From: Nitratidesulfovibrio vulgaris str. Hildenborough
GTDB taxonomy: Bacteria; Desulfobacterota; Desulfovibrionia; Desulfovibrionales; Desulfovibrionaceae
Length of the DNA stretch: 32,000 nt
Direction: 5' to 3'
Assembly (NCBI RefSeq): GCF_000195755.1
Contig: NC_002937.3
Coordinates: 480,001 to 512,000 of the forward strand
The notes below the pieces were generated by a model, which saw only the letters and a program-made list of their open reading frames with translations, was not told where the DNA came from and made no database searches. A program made the position numbers and the translations under genes. Below, piece by piece: positions 7,640-16,085 of this stretch. Every line of letters begins with the position of its first letter. The stretch's first letter is position 1.

Positions 7640-9585
7640 TACAGCATCCCTCCGATCATGAGGATCAGAAGCACGATGGCGACGACGTTGCCGGGCTTGG
7701 TCAGCTGGGCTTCGCCGAAGAGCTTCTCAAGGTAGTAGTTGCCTGCGGCGTTGGGCACGAACTGGTTCATGGGGCCGTTGAAGCCGACCACGCCGTCCTG
7801 CGTCATCTGCGAGCCGCCCATGTAGGGCAGGCTTGCCGCCGAGTCGGGCGTGTTACGCGCGGCCCGCCATGCGTAGTAGAACCCGGCACCGAGGAGCAGG
7901 TACAGCGGGTACACGGCGAAGGCACCCATGGTGTTGCCGATGGTGCCGATGCTCACGCCGTAGGCGCTGGCCTTGGCGTACATGGCGATGGCCGGTTCGA
8001 CGAGGCCGGTGTAGACGAACGGGGCGAGCAGCGAGAGCACCAGCGCGCCACCAACCAGCGAGACGAGGGGCAGCCGGATGGTGATGTCCTGTTCTTCCTG
8101 CATCGGGCCGAAGCCGGGACGCGAGCTGCCCAGCATGATGCCTGCCCAGCGTGCCCAGAACAGCACGGTGAGTGCGCTGCCGAGGGCGATCATGATGACC
8201 AGCAGCGGCATGGCAGACATGGCGCCCGCCGCAGACTCGATGGCCATCCACTTGGCGATGAGCATGCCGAAGGGCGGCAGCATCATGGTGACGATGCCGA
8301 TGACGGTGATGACCGCGGTGCGGGGCATGCGCTCGAAGAGGTTGCGCATGTCCTCGATGTTGCGCGAGCCGATCTTCTGCTCGATGGCACCCACGCACAG
8401 GAAGAGCAGGCCCTTCGAGATGGCGTGGAAGATGATGAGCATCATGGCCGCTGCCACCGAAGCCGCCGTGTTGATGCCGGCACACGCCACGATGAGGCCG
8501 AGGTTGGCGATGGTGGAGTAGGCGAGGATCTTCTTGCCGTTGCTCTGGCCTGCCGCCAGTGCGGAGGTGACGATGAAGGTGAACGCGCCGAACAGCGCCA
8601 CACCCGTGGAGAGGGCCGTCCCCGCATAGCCGGGGGCCATGCGCAGGATGAGGTACACACCGGCCTTGACCATGGTGGAGGAGTGCAGCAGGGCCGACAC
8701 CGGCGTGGGAGCGACCATGGCTCCGCACAGCCAGCTCTGGAAGGGCAGCTGCGCCGACTTGGTGAAACCGGCGAGGCACAGCATGGCCATGGGCAGGAGC
8801 ACGGCGGTGGTCCGCATCTCGGGTTCGACCGCACGGGCGAGGATGTCCTGCACCGAGAGGGTCCCCATGCCCTTCTGGAGGAAGAGCAGCGCGAAGACGA
8901 AGGCGACCCCGCCCACCATGTTCATCCACAGGGCGCGGGTGGCGTTGGTCTTGGCCTCGTCCGTGCCGTCATGCCCGATGAGCATGAACGAGCACAGCGT
9001 GGTGATTTCCCAGAAGAAGTACATCCATGCGAGGTTGTTGGAGAGCACGAGGCCGTTCATGGCGCCGAGGAAGAGCACGACGAAGAAGAAGAACCGGGGC
9101 TGCTTCGTCTGGGGCAGGTGCAGGTGTTCTTCGTGCTCTTTCATGTAGCCGAGGCCGTATACACAGATGAGGCCGCCCACAAAGCTGATGATGAGCACCA
9201 TCGTCAGCGAGAGGCTGTCCACGTAGAAGCCGGGTACGGTCGCGCCATGATCCATCAGGAAGAACTCAAGATAGATAAGGCCAACTATCTGCAGCACAGT
9301 CATGCCCATGATGAGCAGATGCCGCATCTTTGTACCCAGATACAGGATGTAGAAAAGCAGCGCGAAATCGAGGAAGGCTATCAGCCCGTCGAGTCCGATC
9401 CCGAGAAACGACTTCGGGGCGAACATTATCGGGCCGCTTCCTGCCATTCCGAGAGCAGACAGGGCCGTGACCGCCACCGCACCGGGGACGATCAGACGCC
9501 GTGCCGCTTCTCCCCTGACGAAATAGACCGCTAGGGCCGCCAGAAGAGGAAACGCGACGCATCCGAAAACAAGGGTGTCCAGCAT
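7639..9585 (-). CDS. echA: Ech hydrogenase membrane subunit A (NuoL/Mrp antiporter-like)
   Basis: Large polytopic NuoL/M/N-type protein (WEITTLCSFMLIG, ALLHSSTMVKAGVYL). I chose the start at ATG 9585 (MLDTLVFG...), preceded by GAGGTG 4 nt upstream. The ORF-track extension to 9708 is Arg/Pro-rich and lacks a Shine-Dalgarno sequence. Confidence 0.93.
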   Translation of the reverse strand: MLDTLVFGCVAFPLLAALAVYFVRGEAARRLIVPGAVAVTALSALGMAGSGPIMFAPKSFLGIGLDGLIAFLDFALLFYILYLGTKMRHLLIMGMTVLQIVGLIYLEFFLMDHGATVPGFYVDSLSLTMVLIISFVGGLICVYGLGYMKEHEEHLHLPQTKQPRFFFFVVLFLGAMNGLVLSNNLAWMYFFWEITTLCSFMLIGHDGTDEAKTNATRALWMNMVGGVAFVFALLFLQKGMGTLSVQDILARAVEPEMRTTAVLLPMAMLCLAGFTKSAQLPFQSWLCGAMVAPTPVSALLHSSTMVKAGVYLILRMAPGYAGTALSTGVALFGAFTFIVTSALAAGQSNGKKILAYSTIANLGLIVACAGINTAASVAAAMMLIIFHAISKGLLFLCVGAIEQKIGSRNIEDMRNLFERMPRTAVITVIGIVTMMLPPFGMLIAKWMAIESAAGAMSAMPLLVIMIALGSALTVLFWARWAGIMLGSSRPGFGPMQEEQDITIRLPLVSLVGGALVLSLLAPFVYTGLVEPAIAMYAKASAYGVSIGTIGNTMGAFAVYPLYLLLGAGFYYAWRAARNTPDSAASLPYMGGSQMTQDGVVGFNGPMNQFVPNAAGNYYLEKLFGEAQLTKPGNVVAIVLLILMIGGML

Positions 9586-9857
9586 ACGCACCTCGTACCA
9601 TGAAAAGGGGGCAGCAACCTCTACCGGGGAGATCGGTTGCTGTCTGTCGTTGCACGTCCTAGGGGGGACGTGAGCCCTTGGATTCCCGCACCGAATGTAA
9701 TGTCGCAACTACACGAATGCGTCAAGGGTAGTGAAAAAAAATCAGTAGGTTGTGTAATCAGTCGAAGTGCTGCGGTAGGAATTGAAAACCCTGCACTGGT
9801 GCTTGCCCGAATTGCCGCATGGCTGCTTGATGGGAGCCAAGCTTGTGCTTGACTTGG

Positions 9858-9873
9858 CTAAACGGTCGTTTAG
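9858..9873. promoter_or_regulatory. Candidate TetR operator: inverted repeat CTAAACG-GT-CGTTTAG
   Basis: Perfect 7-bp arms separated by 2 bp, 23 nt upstream of the tetR-family ATG. It is embedded between a TTGACT (9849-9854) and a TAGAAA (9871-9876) hexamer pair with a 16-nt spacer. Confidence 0.45.
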
Positions 9874-9895
9874 AAAGGCGGTGGAGGAAGACCGT

Positions 9896-10600
9896 ATGCA
9901 AGGCGGAAGTCGTGAGAGATTGCTCGAAGCCGCAGGAGAGACCTTCGCCGAAAAAGGCTTCCACAGGGCGTCGTTGCGGGAGATATGCACCCGCGCCGGT
10001 ATGAACGTGGCGATGGTGAAATACCATTTCGGCGACAAGATGGGGCTGTACCGCGAAGTGTTGCATGCGACCTTCGATGCTGCGGCAAAGGCAAGGATAC
10101 AGCGTACGCTGGTGGCATGCCCACGTCAGAGGCTCTATGACTTCATCCATGACCAGTTGCTGCGCGTGCGGGGCGGACGACGACCGCCATGGTACAATCG
10201 TCTCATGGCGCGTGAGCTCGCCTCGCCTTCCCCGGCGCTCGACGAACTTGTCGCGCGTGGCATCCTGCCCGTGTCACGCGAGTTGCGAGGCATCGTGATG
10301 GATCTACTTGGCGAGGGCGCAACAGACCGGGAAATCACATTGCATTCGCTTTCAGTGGTGGGACAGTCGCTGCATCATCATCACGCACGGGCCATCATCG
10401 AACGTCTCTATCCAGACCTCACCTATACGCAGCGAGACATCGCCGCTTTGGCTGAACACATCGTGCGTTTCTCTCTCGATGCCCTTGATGCAGCCAGGAA
10501 GCGCATCACGGAACGGGCCCACGGCGCACAGGATAACGTTGCCGAGAGAGGCGTTCTCCATTCCGGACGGGATGTTGCGCATCCTTCGGATGCCGGCTGA
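9896..10600 (+). CDS. TetR/AcrR family transcriptional regulator
   Basis: N-terminal HTH RERLLEAAGETFAEKGFHRASLREICTRAGMNVAMVKYHFGDKMGLY. Start at ATG 9896 with GGAGGAAG 5 nt upstream. It sits upstream of an RND efflux operon. Confidence 0.9.
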   Translation: MQGGSRERLLEAAGETFAEKGFHRASLREICTRAGMNVAMVKYHFGDKMGLYREVLHATFDAAAKARIQRTLVACPRQRLYDFIHDQLLRVRGGRRPPWYNRLMARELASPSPALDELVARGILPVSRELRGIVMDLLGEGATDREITLHSLSVVGQSLHHHHARAIIERLYPDLTYTQRDIAALAEHIVRFSLDALDAARKRITERAHGAQDNVAERGVLHSGRDVAHPSDAG

Positions 10601-10829
10601 CATGTTGGCACAGAGTTCTTTTGCATCATGCAAGGCGGCGATTTTGCCTCATCCCATCCCTCGGCCCGGCACATTCTTCGTCTGAGTCCGCATCGTAGCG
10701 CCGCGATGCGGATGCCCTGAACGAGTCCAGTCGCAACAACAGTAGAAGAACATCATGAACGGATTATCATGCTGTTTCCGGGCAGCCGAAGGCTTCCGGA
10801 CGGTTCAAACTGCAACGAACGGAACCACC

Positions 10830-12215
10830 ATGAACGACCATTCTGCCATGCGCGCCGTCTCCTCCTTCTCGACAATGGCCTCGGTGCGTCGTGTGGCATG
10901 CACTCTGCTGGCGTGTTGCCTCGTGGTCGCGGGCGCGTGCTCACGCGATGAGGGCAAGGCGAAGGGGGCGCGCGCCAAGGGCCCGGCACCTGTGACGGCG
11001 GCTGTTGCCGCCCGGCAGGACATCCCGGTGCGTCTCAAGGCCGTGGGCAATGTGGAGGCATCCGCGACGGTGCAGGTGCGGTCTCGCATCACGGGTGAAC
11101 TCACGGGCATCCATTTCCGTGAGGGCGACGACGTGCGCAAGGGGCAGAAACTCTTCACCATCGACCCGCGGCCCATGGAGGCGGCCCTGCGCGAGGCGCG
11201 TGCACGGCAAGAGCGCACCCGTGCCCAGCTGACCAAGGCGGAGGACGACCTCAGGCGCTTCGCCAGCCTTGTGGAGGGCGGTTTCGTCAGCCGTGAGCAG
11301 TATGAGCAGATACGCACCACCGCCGAGGGGTTGCGCGCGTCGCTGCGCGAGGCTGAGGCCGCCGTGGAGAGTGCGGCCCTGCAGCGCGACTACTGCATCA
11401 TCACCGCACCGGCCGATGCCCGGGCAGGGGCCGTGGGCGCGCACATCGGCAACATGATCAAGGCCAATGCCGACGACTGGCTGGTGACGCTGGACACCGT
11501 GGAACCCGTGTACGTGAGTTTCTCGATTCCCGAGGTGCACCTCCCGGCGGTGCTTGCCTTGAGGCAATCGGGCACTGGCAGGGTGCTTGCGCGCCCTGAC
11601 GGCGGGGACGAGGTGGAGGGCCGACTGGACTTCGTCGACAACAGCGTCGACACGGCGACGGGCACCATCCGTCTGCGGGCCACCTTCGACAACCGGACGC
11701 GCAGTCTGTGGCCGGGGCGTTTCGTGGATGTCCGCCTTACGCTGGCCACGCACAAGGATGCCGTGGTCGTTCCCTCGCGGGCCGTACAGGCGGGTGTGGA
11801 CGGCCCCTATGCCTATGTGGTGGCTGACGGACGCGCCGAGTTGCGCAACCTCGCCGTGGGCGTGCAGGCGGATACGATGACGGAGGTGCTGCAGGGCATC
11901 GCACCCGGTGAGAAGGTGGTCGTTGAAGGCCTGATGCGGCTCACGCCCGGGGCCGAGGTCGTCATCCGGGCAGCGGATGCGGGCCGGAATGCGACAGCAT
12001 CTCCAGCAGACACCACGGCGACGCCAGGCGGGCCATCCGGGGACACTCCGCCAGGTGGCGCGTCGAAGAGTGCTGGGGCTGCGGCTGAAAAGGGAGCGGC
12101 AGATACGGCAACCGACAGCAAGCAGGCAGGCGGCAACGCCGCACAGACGTCCGTGCCGACGCAGGGGCCGACGCAGGGGCCGACGGGCACGAAGGCTGCG
12201 GAGGCCCGCCAGTGA
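10830..12215 (+). CDS. RND efflux periplasmic adaptor (membrane fusion protein), probable lipoprotein
   Basis: Lipoprotein-type signal RRVACTLLACCLVVAGAC, then HlyD/AcrA-like hairpin and barrel segments (VRSRITGELTGIHFREGDDVRKGQKLFTIDPRP, YCIITAPADARAG). The start is ambiguous (10755, 10830, 10848 or 10875). Its stop overlaps the RND pump start by 4 nt (GTGA). Confidence 0.88.
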   Translation: MNDHSAMRAVSSFSTMASVRRVACTLLACCLVVAGACSRDEGKAKGARAKGPAPVTAAVAARQDIPVRLKAVGNVEASATVQVRSRITGELTGIHFREGDDVRKGQKLFTIDPRPMEAALREARARQERTRAQLTKAEDDLRRFASLVEGGFVSREQYEQIRTTAEGLRASLREAEAAVESAALQRDYCIITAPADARAGAVGAHIGNMIKANADDWLVTLDTVEPVYVSFSIPEVHLPAVLALRQSGTGRVLARPDGGDEVEGRLDFVDNSVDTATGTIRLRATFDNRTRSLWPGRFVDVRLTLATHKDAVVVPSRAVQAGVDGPYAYVVADGRAELRNLAVGVQADTMTEVLQGIAPGEKVVVEGLMRLTPGAEVVIRAADAGRNATASPADTTATPGGPSGDTPPGGASKSAGAAAEKGAADTATDSKQAGGNAAQTSVPTQGPTQGPTGTKAAEARQ

Positions 12216-15200
12216 ACGTCACGGAGTTCTTCATCCGCAGGCCGGTGACGACCACGCTCGTCATGCTGGGGCTGCTCTTCTTCGGCGTGATGGGCTACCG
12301 CCAGCTTCCGGTGAGCGACCTGCCCAACGTCGACTTCCCCACCATACAGGTGCGGGCGCAACTGCCGGGGGCGGACCCGGAGACCATGGCCTCGTCGGTG
12401 GCTGCCCCTCTGGAACGGCAATTCGCCACCATCGCGGGCATCGACTCCATGAGTTCCACCAACACGCAGGGCAACACGCGCATCACCATCCAGTTCAACC
12501 TTTCGCGTGACATCGACGCGGCGGCGCAGGACGTGCAAGCCGCCATATCGACAGCGCAGCGCAAGCTGCCGTCAGACCTGACCACGCCACCCAGCTACCA
12601 GAAGGTGAACCCGGCCGACCAGCCCATCCTCTTTCTCGCGCTCACATCGCCCACGCTTCCCCTCTCCAAGGTCAACGAATACGCCGAGACGCGCATCGGG
12701 CAGACCATCTCCATGGTCTCGGGGGTGGCGCAGGTCAACGTCTACGGTGCCAAGAAGTACGCGGTGCGGGTGCAGGTCGACCCGAGGCGGCTGAAGGCGC
12801 TGGGCCTCGGTATCGACGAGGTGTCCGCCGCCGTGGACAAGGCCAACAGCAACCTGCCCACGGGCACCCTGCAAGGCGAACACACGGCGAGCATCATCAA
12901 GGCATCCGGGCAGTTGTATGACGCTGCGGCCTACAGGCCCGTGGTGGTCGCCTACCGCAACGGAGCGCCCGTGCGTCTCGAAGAGTTGGGCCGGGTCGTG
13001 GATAGCGTTGAACAGGACCGCATCCTCAACTGGTTCAACGACGAACGGGGCATCGTGCTGGCCGTGCAACGCCAGCCCGGCACCAACACGGTGGAGGTGG
13101 TCGAATCCATCAAGAGGCTGCTGCCCGAATTCGAGCGGCAGTTGCCCGCCGCCGTGAAGCTGAACATCCTGTTCGACCGGTCCGAGTCCATCAAGGCGTC
13201 GGTGGCCGAGGTTAAGTTCACGCTGGTGCTCACGGTGTGCCTCGTGGTGCTGGTCATCTTCCTGTTTCTGCGCAGCCTGTCGGCCACCGTCATTCCCAGC
13301 CTCGCCCTGCCCATGTCGGTGGTGGTGACCTTCGCCGCCATGCACATGATGGGCTTCAGCCTCGACAACCTCTCTCTCATGGCCCTGACGCTGGCGGTGG
13401 GCTTCGTCGTGGACGATGCCATCGTCATGCTGGAGAACATCGTGCGGCACATGGAGATGGGCAAGACTCCGCTACGGGCCGCCCTCGACGGTGCGCGCGA
13501 GATAGGCTTCACCATCATATCCATGACGGTGTCCCTTGCGGCGGTGTTCATCCCCGTACTGTTCATGGGGGGCATCGTGGGACGGTTGTTCCACGAATTC
13601 GCCGTGGTCATCACCGTCGCCATCCTCCTTTCGGGCTTCGTCTCCCTGTCGCTCACGCCCATGCTGTGCGCGCTGTTCCTCAAGCCGCATGTGGGGCAGA
13701 GACGGCACGGGCGGGTATACAACGCGCTGGAGACCTTCTTCGAGACGCTGCACCGGGGGTATGAACGTTCGTTGCGGTTCACGATGCGGCACCACCGCAT
13801 GACGTTCGGCCTGTCGATGGTGGTGCTTGGTGTCACGGTGTGGCTTTTCGCCGCCATGCCCAAGGGCTTTCTGCCCAGTGAGGATACCGGGCAGATTTCC
13901 GGCTTCACCGAGGCCGACCAGTCCGTCTCCTTCGGGCAGATGGTGAAGCTGCAGAAGACCCTGCACCCCATCATCGCGGCTGACCCCGGCGTGGACTCGT
14001 TCTCGTCCACCGTGGGCGCGGGCGGTCCCAACGTGGGCGGCAACTCCGGGCGTTTCTTCATCAGGCTGAAGGATTTCGACGAGCGCGACGAGCATGTCGA
14101 CACCATCATCAACCGCCTGCGGGCCAAACTCTCCGGCTTTCCGGGCATCAACGTCTTTCTCGTCAACCCGCCCAGTATCAACGTGGGCGGACGCGCTTCC
14201 AAGAGCCTCTACCAGTACACACTGCAAGGGCCTGACACCGCCGAACTGTACAAGGCGGGAACGGAACTTGAGGCGGCCCTGCGCGAGTTGCCCCAACTGC
14301 GCGACGTGACCAGCGACCTCCAGATACGCAACCCCGAAGTGCGGGTGGACATCGACCGTGACAAGGCCGCCGCACTGGGCCTCAGCGTGCATCAGGTGGA
14401 GGACGCCCTGCAATCGGCCTACGGTACGCGGCAGGTCTCGACCATCCTCGCACCGGACAACGACTATCAGGTCATCCTCGAACTGTTGCCCGAATACCAG
14501 CGCGACGCGTCGTCGATGTCGTTGCTCAATGTGCGTTCCGCCAGCGGGCGTCTGGTGCCGCTGGATACCATCGCCACCCTGCGCCCCTCGGTGGGGCCGC
14601 TGGCCGTGAACCACTCCGGGCAATTCCCGTCCGTGACCCTGTCCTTCAACCTGCGCCCCGGCGTGTCCCTCAGTGAGGCGGTGCAGGCTGTGGAGGGCAT
14701 CGCGGGGCAGTATCTCCCGCCCACCGCCACCGGAACCTTCCAGGGCACGGCGCAGGCCTTCCAGTCGTCCATGCAGGGCATGGCGATGCTGCTGTTCATG
14801 GCAGTGGTGGTCATCTACATCGTGCTTGGCGTGCTGTACGAAAGCTTCATCCATCCGCTGACCATCCTTTCCGGTCTGCCCTCGGCCGGGCTGGGGGCAC
14901 TGGTGACGCTGTTCATCTTCGGCATCGACCTCAACCTGTACGCCTTCGTGGGCATCATCATGCTCATCGGCATCGTGAAGAAGAACGCCATCATGATGAT
15001 CGACTTCGCGGTGGAGGCCGAACGCAAGAACGGTGCAAGCCCTTATGAGGCCATCCTGCAGGGATGCCTCATACGATTCCGGCCCATCATGATGACGACC
15101 ATGGCCGCACTCATGGGCACGCTGCCCATCGCCGTGGGCTGGGGGCCGGGGGCCGAGGCCCGCCAGCCTCTTGGCCTCGCGGTGGTGGGCGGGCTGCTGG

Positions 15201-15337
15201 TCTCGCAGTTGCTCACGCTGTACATCACCCCCGTGTACTACACCTACCTCGATGCCCTGAGTCGCCGCATCAAACGGCGCATGGGGCGGGTGGCGCAGGA
15301 CGTCGAGGCCGTGGCCTCCGGTGGTGACGGCGCATAG
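12212..15337 (+). CDS. RND multidrug efflux permease, AcrB/AcrD/AcrF (HAE1) family
   Basis: A 1041-aa protein with the canonical N-terminus MNVTEFFIRRPVTTTLVMLGLLFFG...LPVSDLPNVDFPTIQV and 12-TMS architecture. The GTG start is translationally coupled to the MFP gene. Confidence 0.96.
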   Translation: MNVTEFFIRRPVTTTLVMLGLLFFGVMGYRQLPVSDLPNVDFPTIQVRAQLPGADPETMASSVAAPLERQFATIAGIDSMSSTNTQGNTRITIQFNLSRDIDAAAQDVQAAISTAQRKLPSDLTTPPSYQKVNPADQPILFLALTSPTLPLSKVNEYAETRIGQTISMVSGVAQVNVYGAKKYAVRVQVDPRRLKALGLGIDEVSAAVDKANSNLPTGTLQGEHTASIIKASGQLYDAAAYRPVVVAYRNGAPVRLEELGRVVDSVEQDRILNWFNDERGIVLAVQRQPGTNTVEVVESIKRLLPEFERQLPAAVKLNILFDRSESIKASVAEVKFTLVLTVCLVVLVIFLFLRSLSATVIPSLALPMSVVVTFAAMHMMGFSLDNLSLMALTLAVGFVVDDAIVMLENIVRHMEMGKTPLRAALDGAREIGFTIISMTVSLAAVFIPVLFMGGIVGRLFHEFAVVITVAILLSGFVSLSLTPMLCALFLKPHVGQRRHGRVYNALETFFETLHRGYERSLRFTMRHHRMTFGLSMVVLGVTVWLFAAMPKGFLPSEDTGQISGFTEADQSVSFGQMVKLQKTLHPIIAADPGVDSFSSTVGAGGPNVGGNSGRFFIRLKDFDERDEHVDTIINRLRAKLSGFPGINVFLVNPPSINVGGRASKSLYQYTLQGPDTAELYKAGTELEAALRELPQLRDVTSDLQIRNPEVRVDIDRDKAAALGLSVHQVEDALQSAYGTRQVSTILAPDNDYQVILELLPEYQRDASSMSLLNVRSASGRLVPLDTIATLRPSVGPLAVNHSGQFPSVTLSFNLRPGVSLSEAVQAVEGIAGQYLPPTATGTFQGTAQAFQSSMQGMAMLLFMAVVVIYIVLGVLYESFIHPLTILSGLPSAGLGALVTLFIFGIDLNLYAFVGIIMLIGIVKKNAIMMIDFAVEAERKNGASPYEAILQGCLIRFRPIMMTTMAALMGTLPIAVGWGPGAEARQPLGLAVVGGLLVSQLLTLYITPVYYTYLDALSRRIKRRMGRVAQDVEAVASGGDGA

Positions 15338-15371
15338 GGCCATGAAACGGCATTGAAATCAGGGAGACGCC

Positions 15372-15662
15372 ATGTTCCTCGTACTCGTCCACTATACGAA
15401 ACCGTTGTCCGACATCGATGCCCTGCGCCCTGCGCATATGGCCTTCCTTGATGAACACTTCGCCAAGGGCACGTTCCTCTTCTCCGGGCCGCGCGACCCC
15501 CGCGTGGGCGGGGTCATCGCCGCCACATGCCCCGATGAGCCCACCTTGCGTGCCCTGCTTGCCGAAGACCCCTTCGCAAGGGCCGGGGCCGCGACCTACG
15601 AGGTGATTCGCCTTGCGGTGAACAAGGCGGCCCCCGACCTCGCCCGCCTGCGCGACTGCTGA
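15372..15662 (+). CDS. YCII-related domain protein
   Basis: A 96-aa protein, MFLVLVHYTKPLSDIDALRPAHMAFLDEHFAKGTFLFSGP...DPF, matching the YciI-like fold pattern. It starts 34 nt after the RND gene with a GGGAGA Shine-Dalgarno sequence, so it is probably co-transcribed. Confidence 0.82.
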   Translation: MFLVLVHYTKPLSDIDALRPAHMAFLDEHFAKGTFLFSGPRDPRVGGVIAATCPDEPTLRALLAEDPFARAGAATYEVIRLAVNKAAPDLARLRDC

Positions 15663-15669
15663 AAAAGGC

Positions 15670-15758
15670 CCGGCACCCTGCGCACGCGGGGCGTCTGTAG
15701 GTGGACACGAGGCCCTCGCTCACATTGGCCCCGGCACCCTGCGCACGCGGGGCGTCTT
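15670..15758. repeat. Pair of perfect 28-bp direct repeats (CCCGGCACCCTGCGCACGCGGGGCGTCT)
   Basis: The copies at 15670-15697 and 15731-15758 are identical, offset by 61 bp. Each can fold as CCCUGC-GCAC-GCGGGG (one G-U pair). The first copy begins 8 nt after the YCII stop. Confidence 0.8.
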
Positions 15759-16085
15759 GGGGGCAAGGATAGCGAGGCGGCATGAGGCAGAACGAAGGGC
15801 TGTCGCCCGGACGCGAGGGCTGCGATATCACCCCCACGCCCGCCTTGCGCTGGCGGGGGACAGGGCAGACACTTCGCAGGATGAAGCGCCACGGCACTGC
15901 AAGCCGACACGGCGGCAGTTGCAGAGAGTGGTGCGGCATGGCATGACGACCCTGCCCTTCACGCCGTGAGGTATGGCGGGGCAAGGCCTGCGGGCCGTAC
16001 CTTGCGTCCGTCAGTGTGTACGGCCCTGTGGTGGGCGCAACGCATTCCCGCACCGGCTTGTGCCTTTTTCACCGTCGTTTTCACC

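Noticed and set aside
6575-9534. Plus-strand ORFs 6575-7735 and 8425-9534, and minus-strand alternative-frame ORF 7853-8929
   Set aside because: They overlap echA/echB/echC, whose membrane-protein and NuoB-like translations are convincing. These alternatives are His/Arg/Asp/Gly-rich.
9586-9708. N-terminal extensions offered by the ORF track (echA to 9708; TetR from 9782; UPF0597 from 15966; ade to 19481; exonuclease to 22287; chrA to 3254; DUF485 to 27971)
   Set aside because: In each case an internal ATG with a good Shine-Dalgarno sequence begins the conserved part of the protein. The extensions are Arg/Pro/Cys-rich, or they overlap the upstream gene or the regulatory hairpins.
10606-10625. 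TGGCAC…TTGCA resembling a sigma54 promoter upstream of the MFP gene
   Set aside because: The GG and GC dinucleotides are separated by 14 nt instead of the obligatory 10, so the element is out of register for RpoN.
12572-15343. Several long minus-strand ORFs (12572-13450, 12952-14202, 13472-15343)
   Set aside because: These are shadow ORFs antisense to the AcrB-family pump gene, with no motifs and biased composition.
15757-15969. 70-aa plus-strand ORF in the spacer upstream of the UPF0597 gene
   Set aside because: It is Arg-rich with no Shine-Dalgarno sequence and no recognisable family. The signal is indistinguishable from random GC-rich sequence.
15992-16007. GG-N10-GC element (cGGgccgtaccTTGCg) ~85 nt upstream of the UPF0597 gene
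   Set aside because: The spacing is correct, but only the core GG, the TTGC and two further positions match. In GC-rich DNA such matches are expected by chance, and no enhancer-binding-protein gene or upstream activator site is evident.
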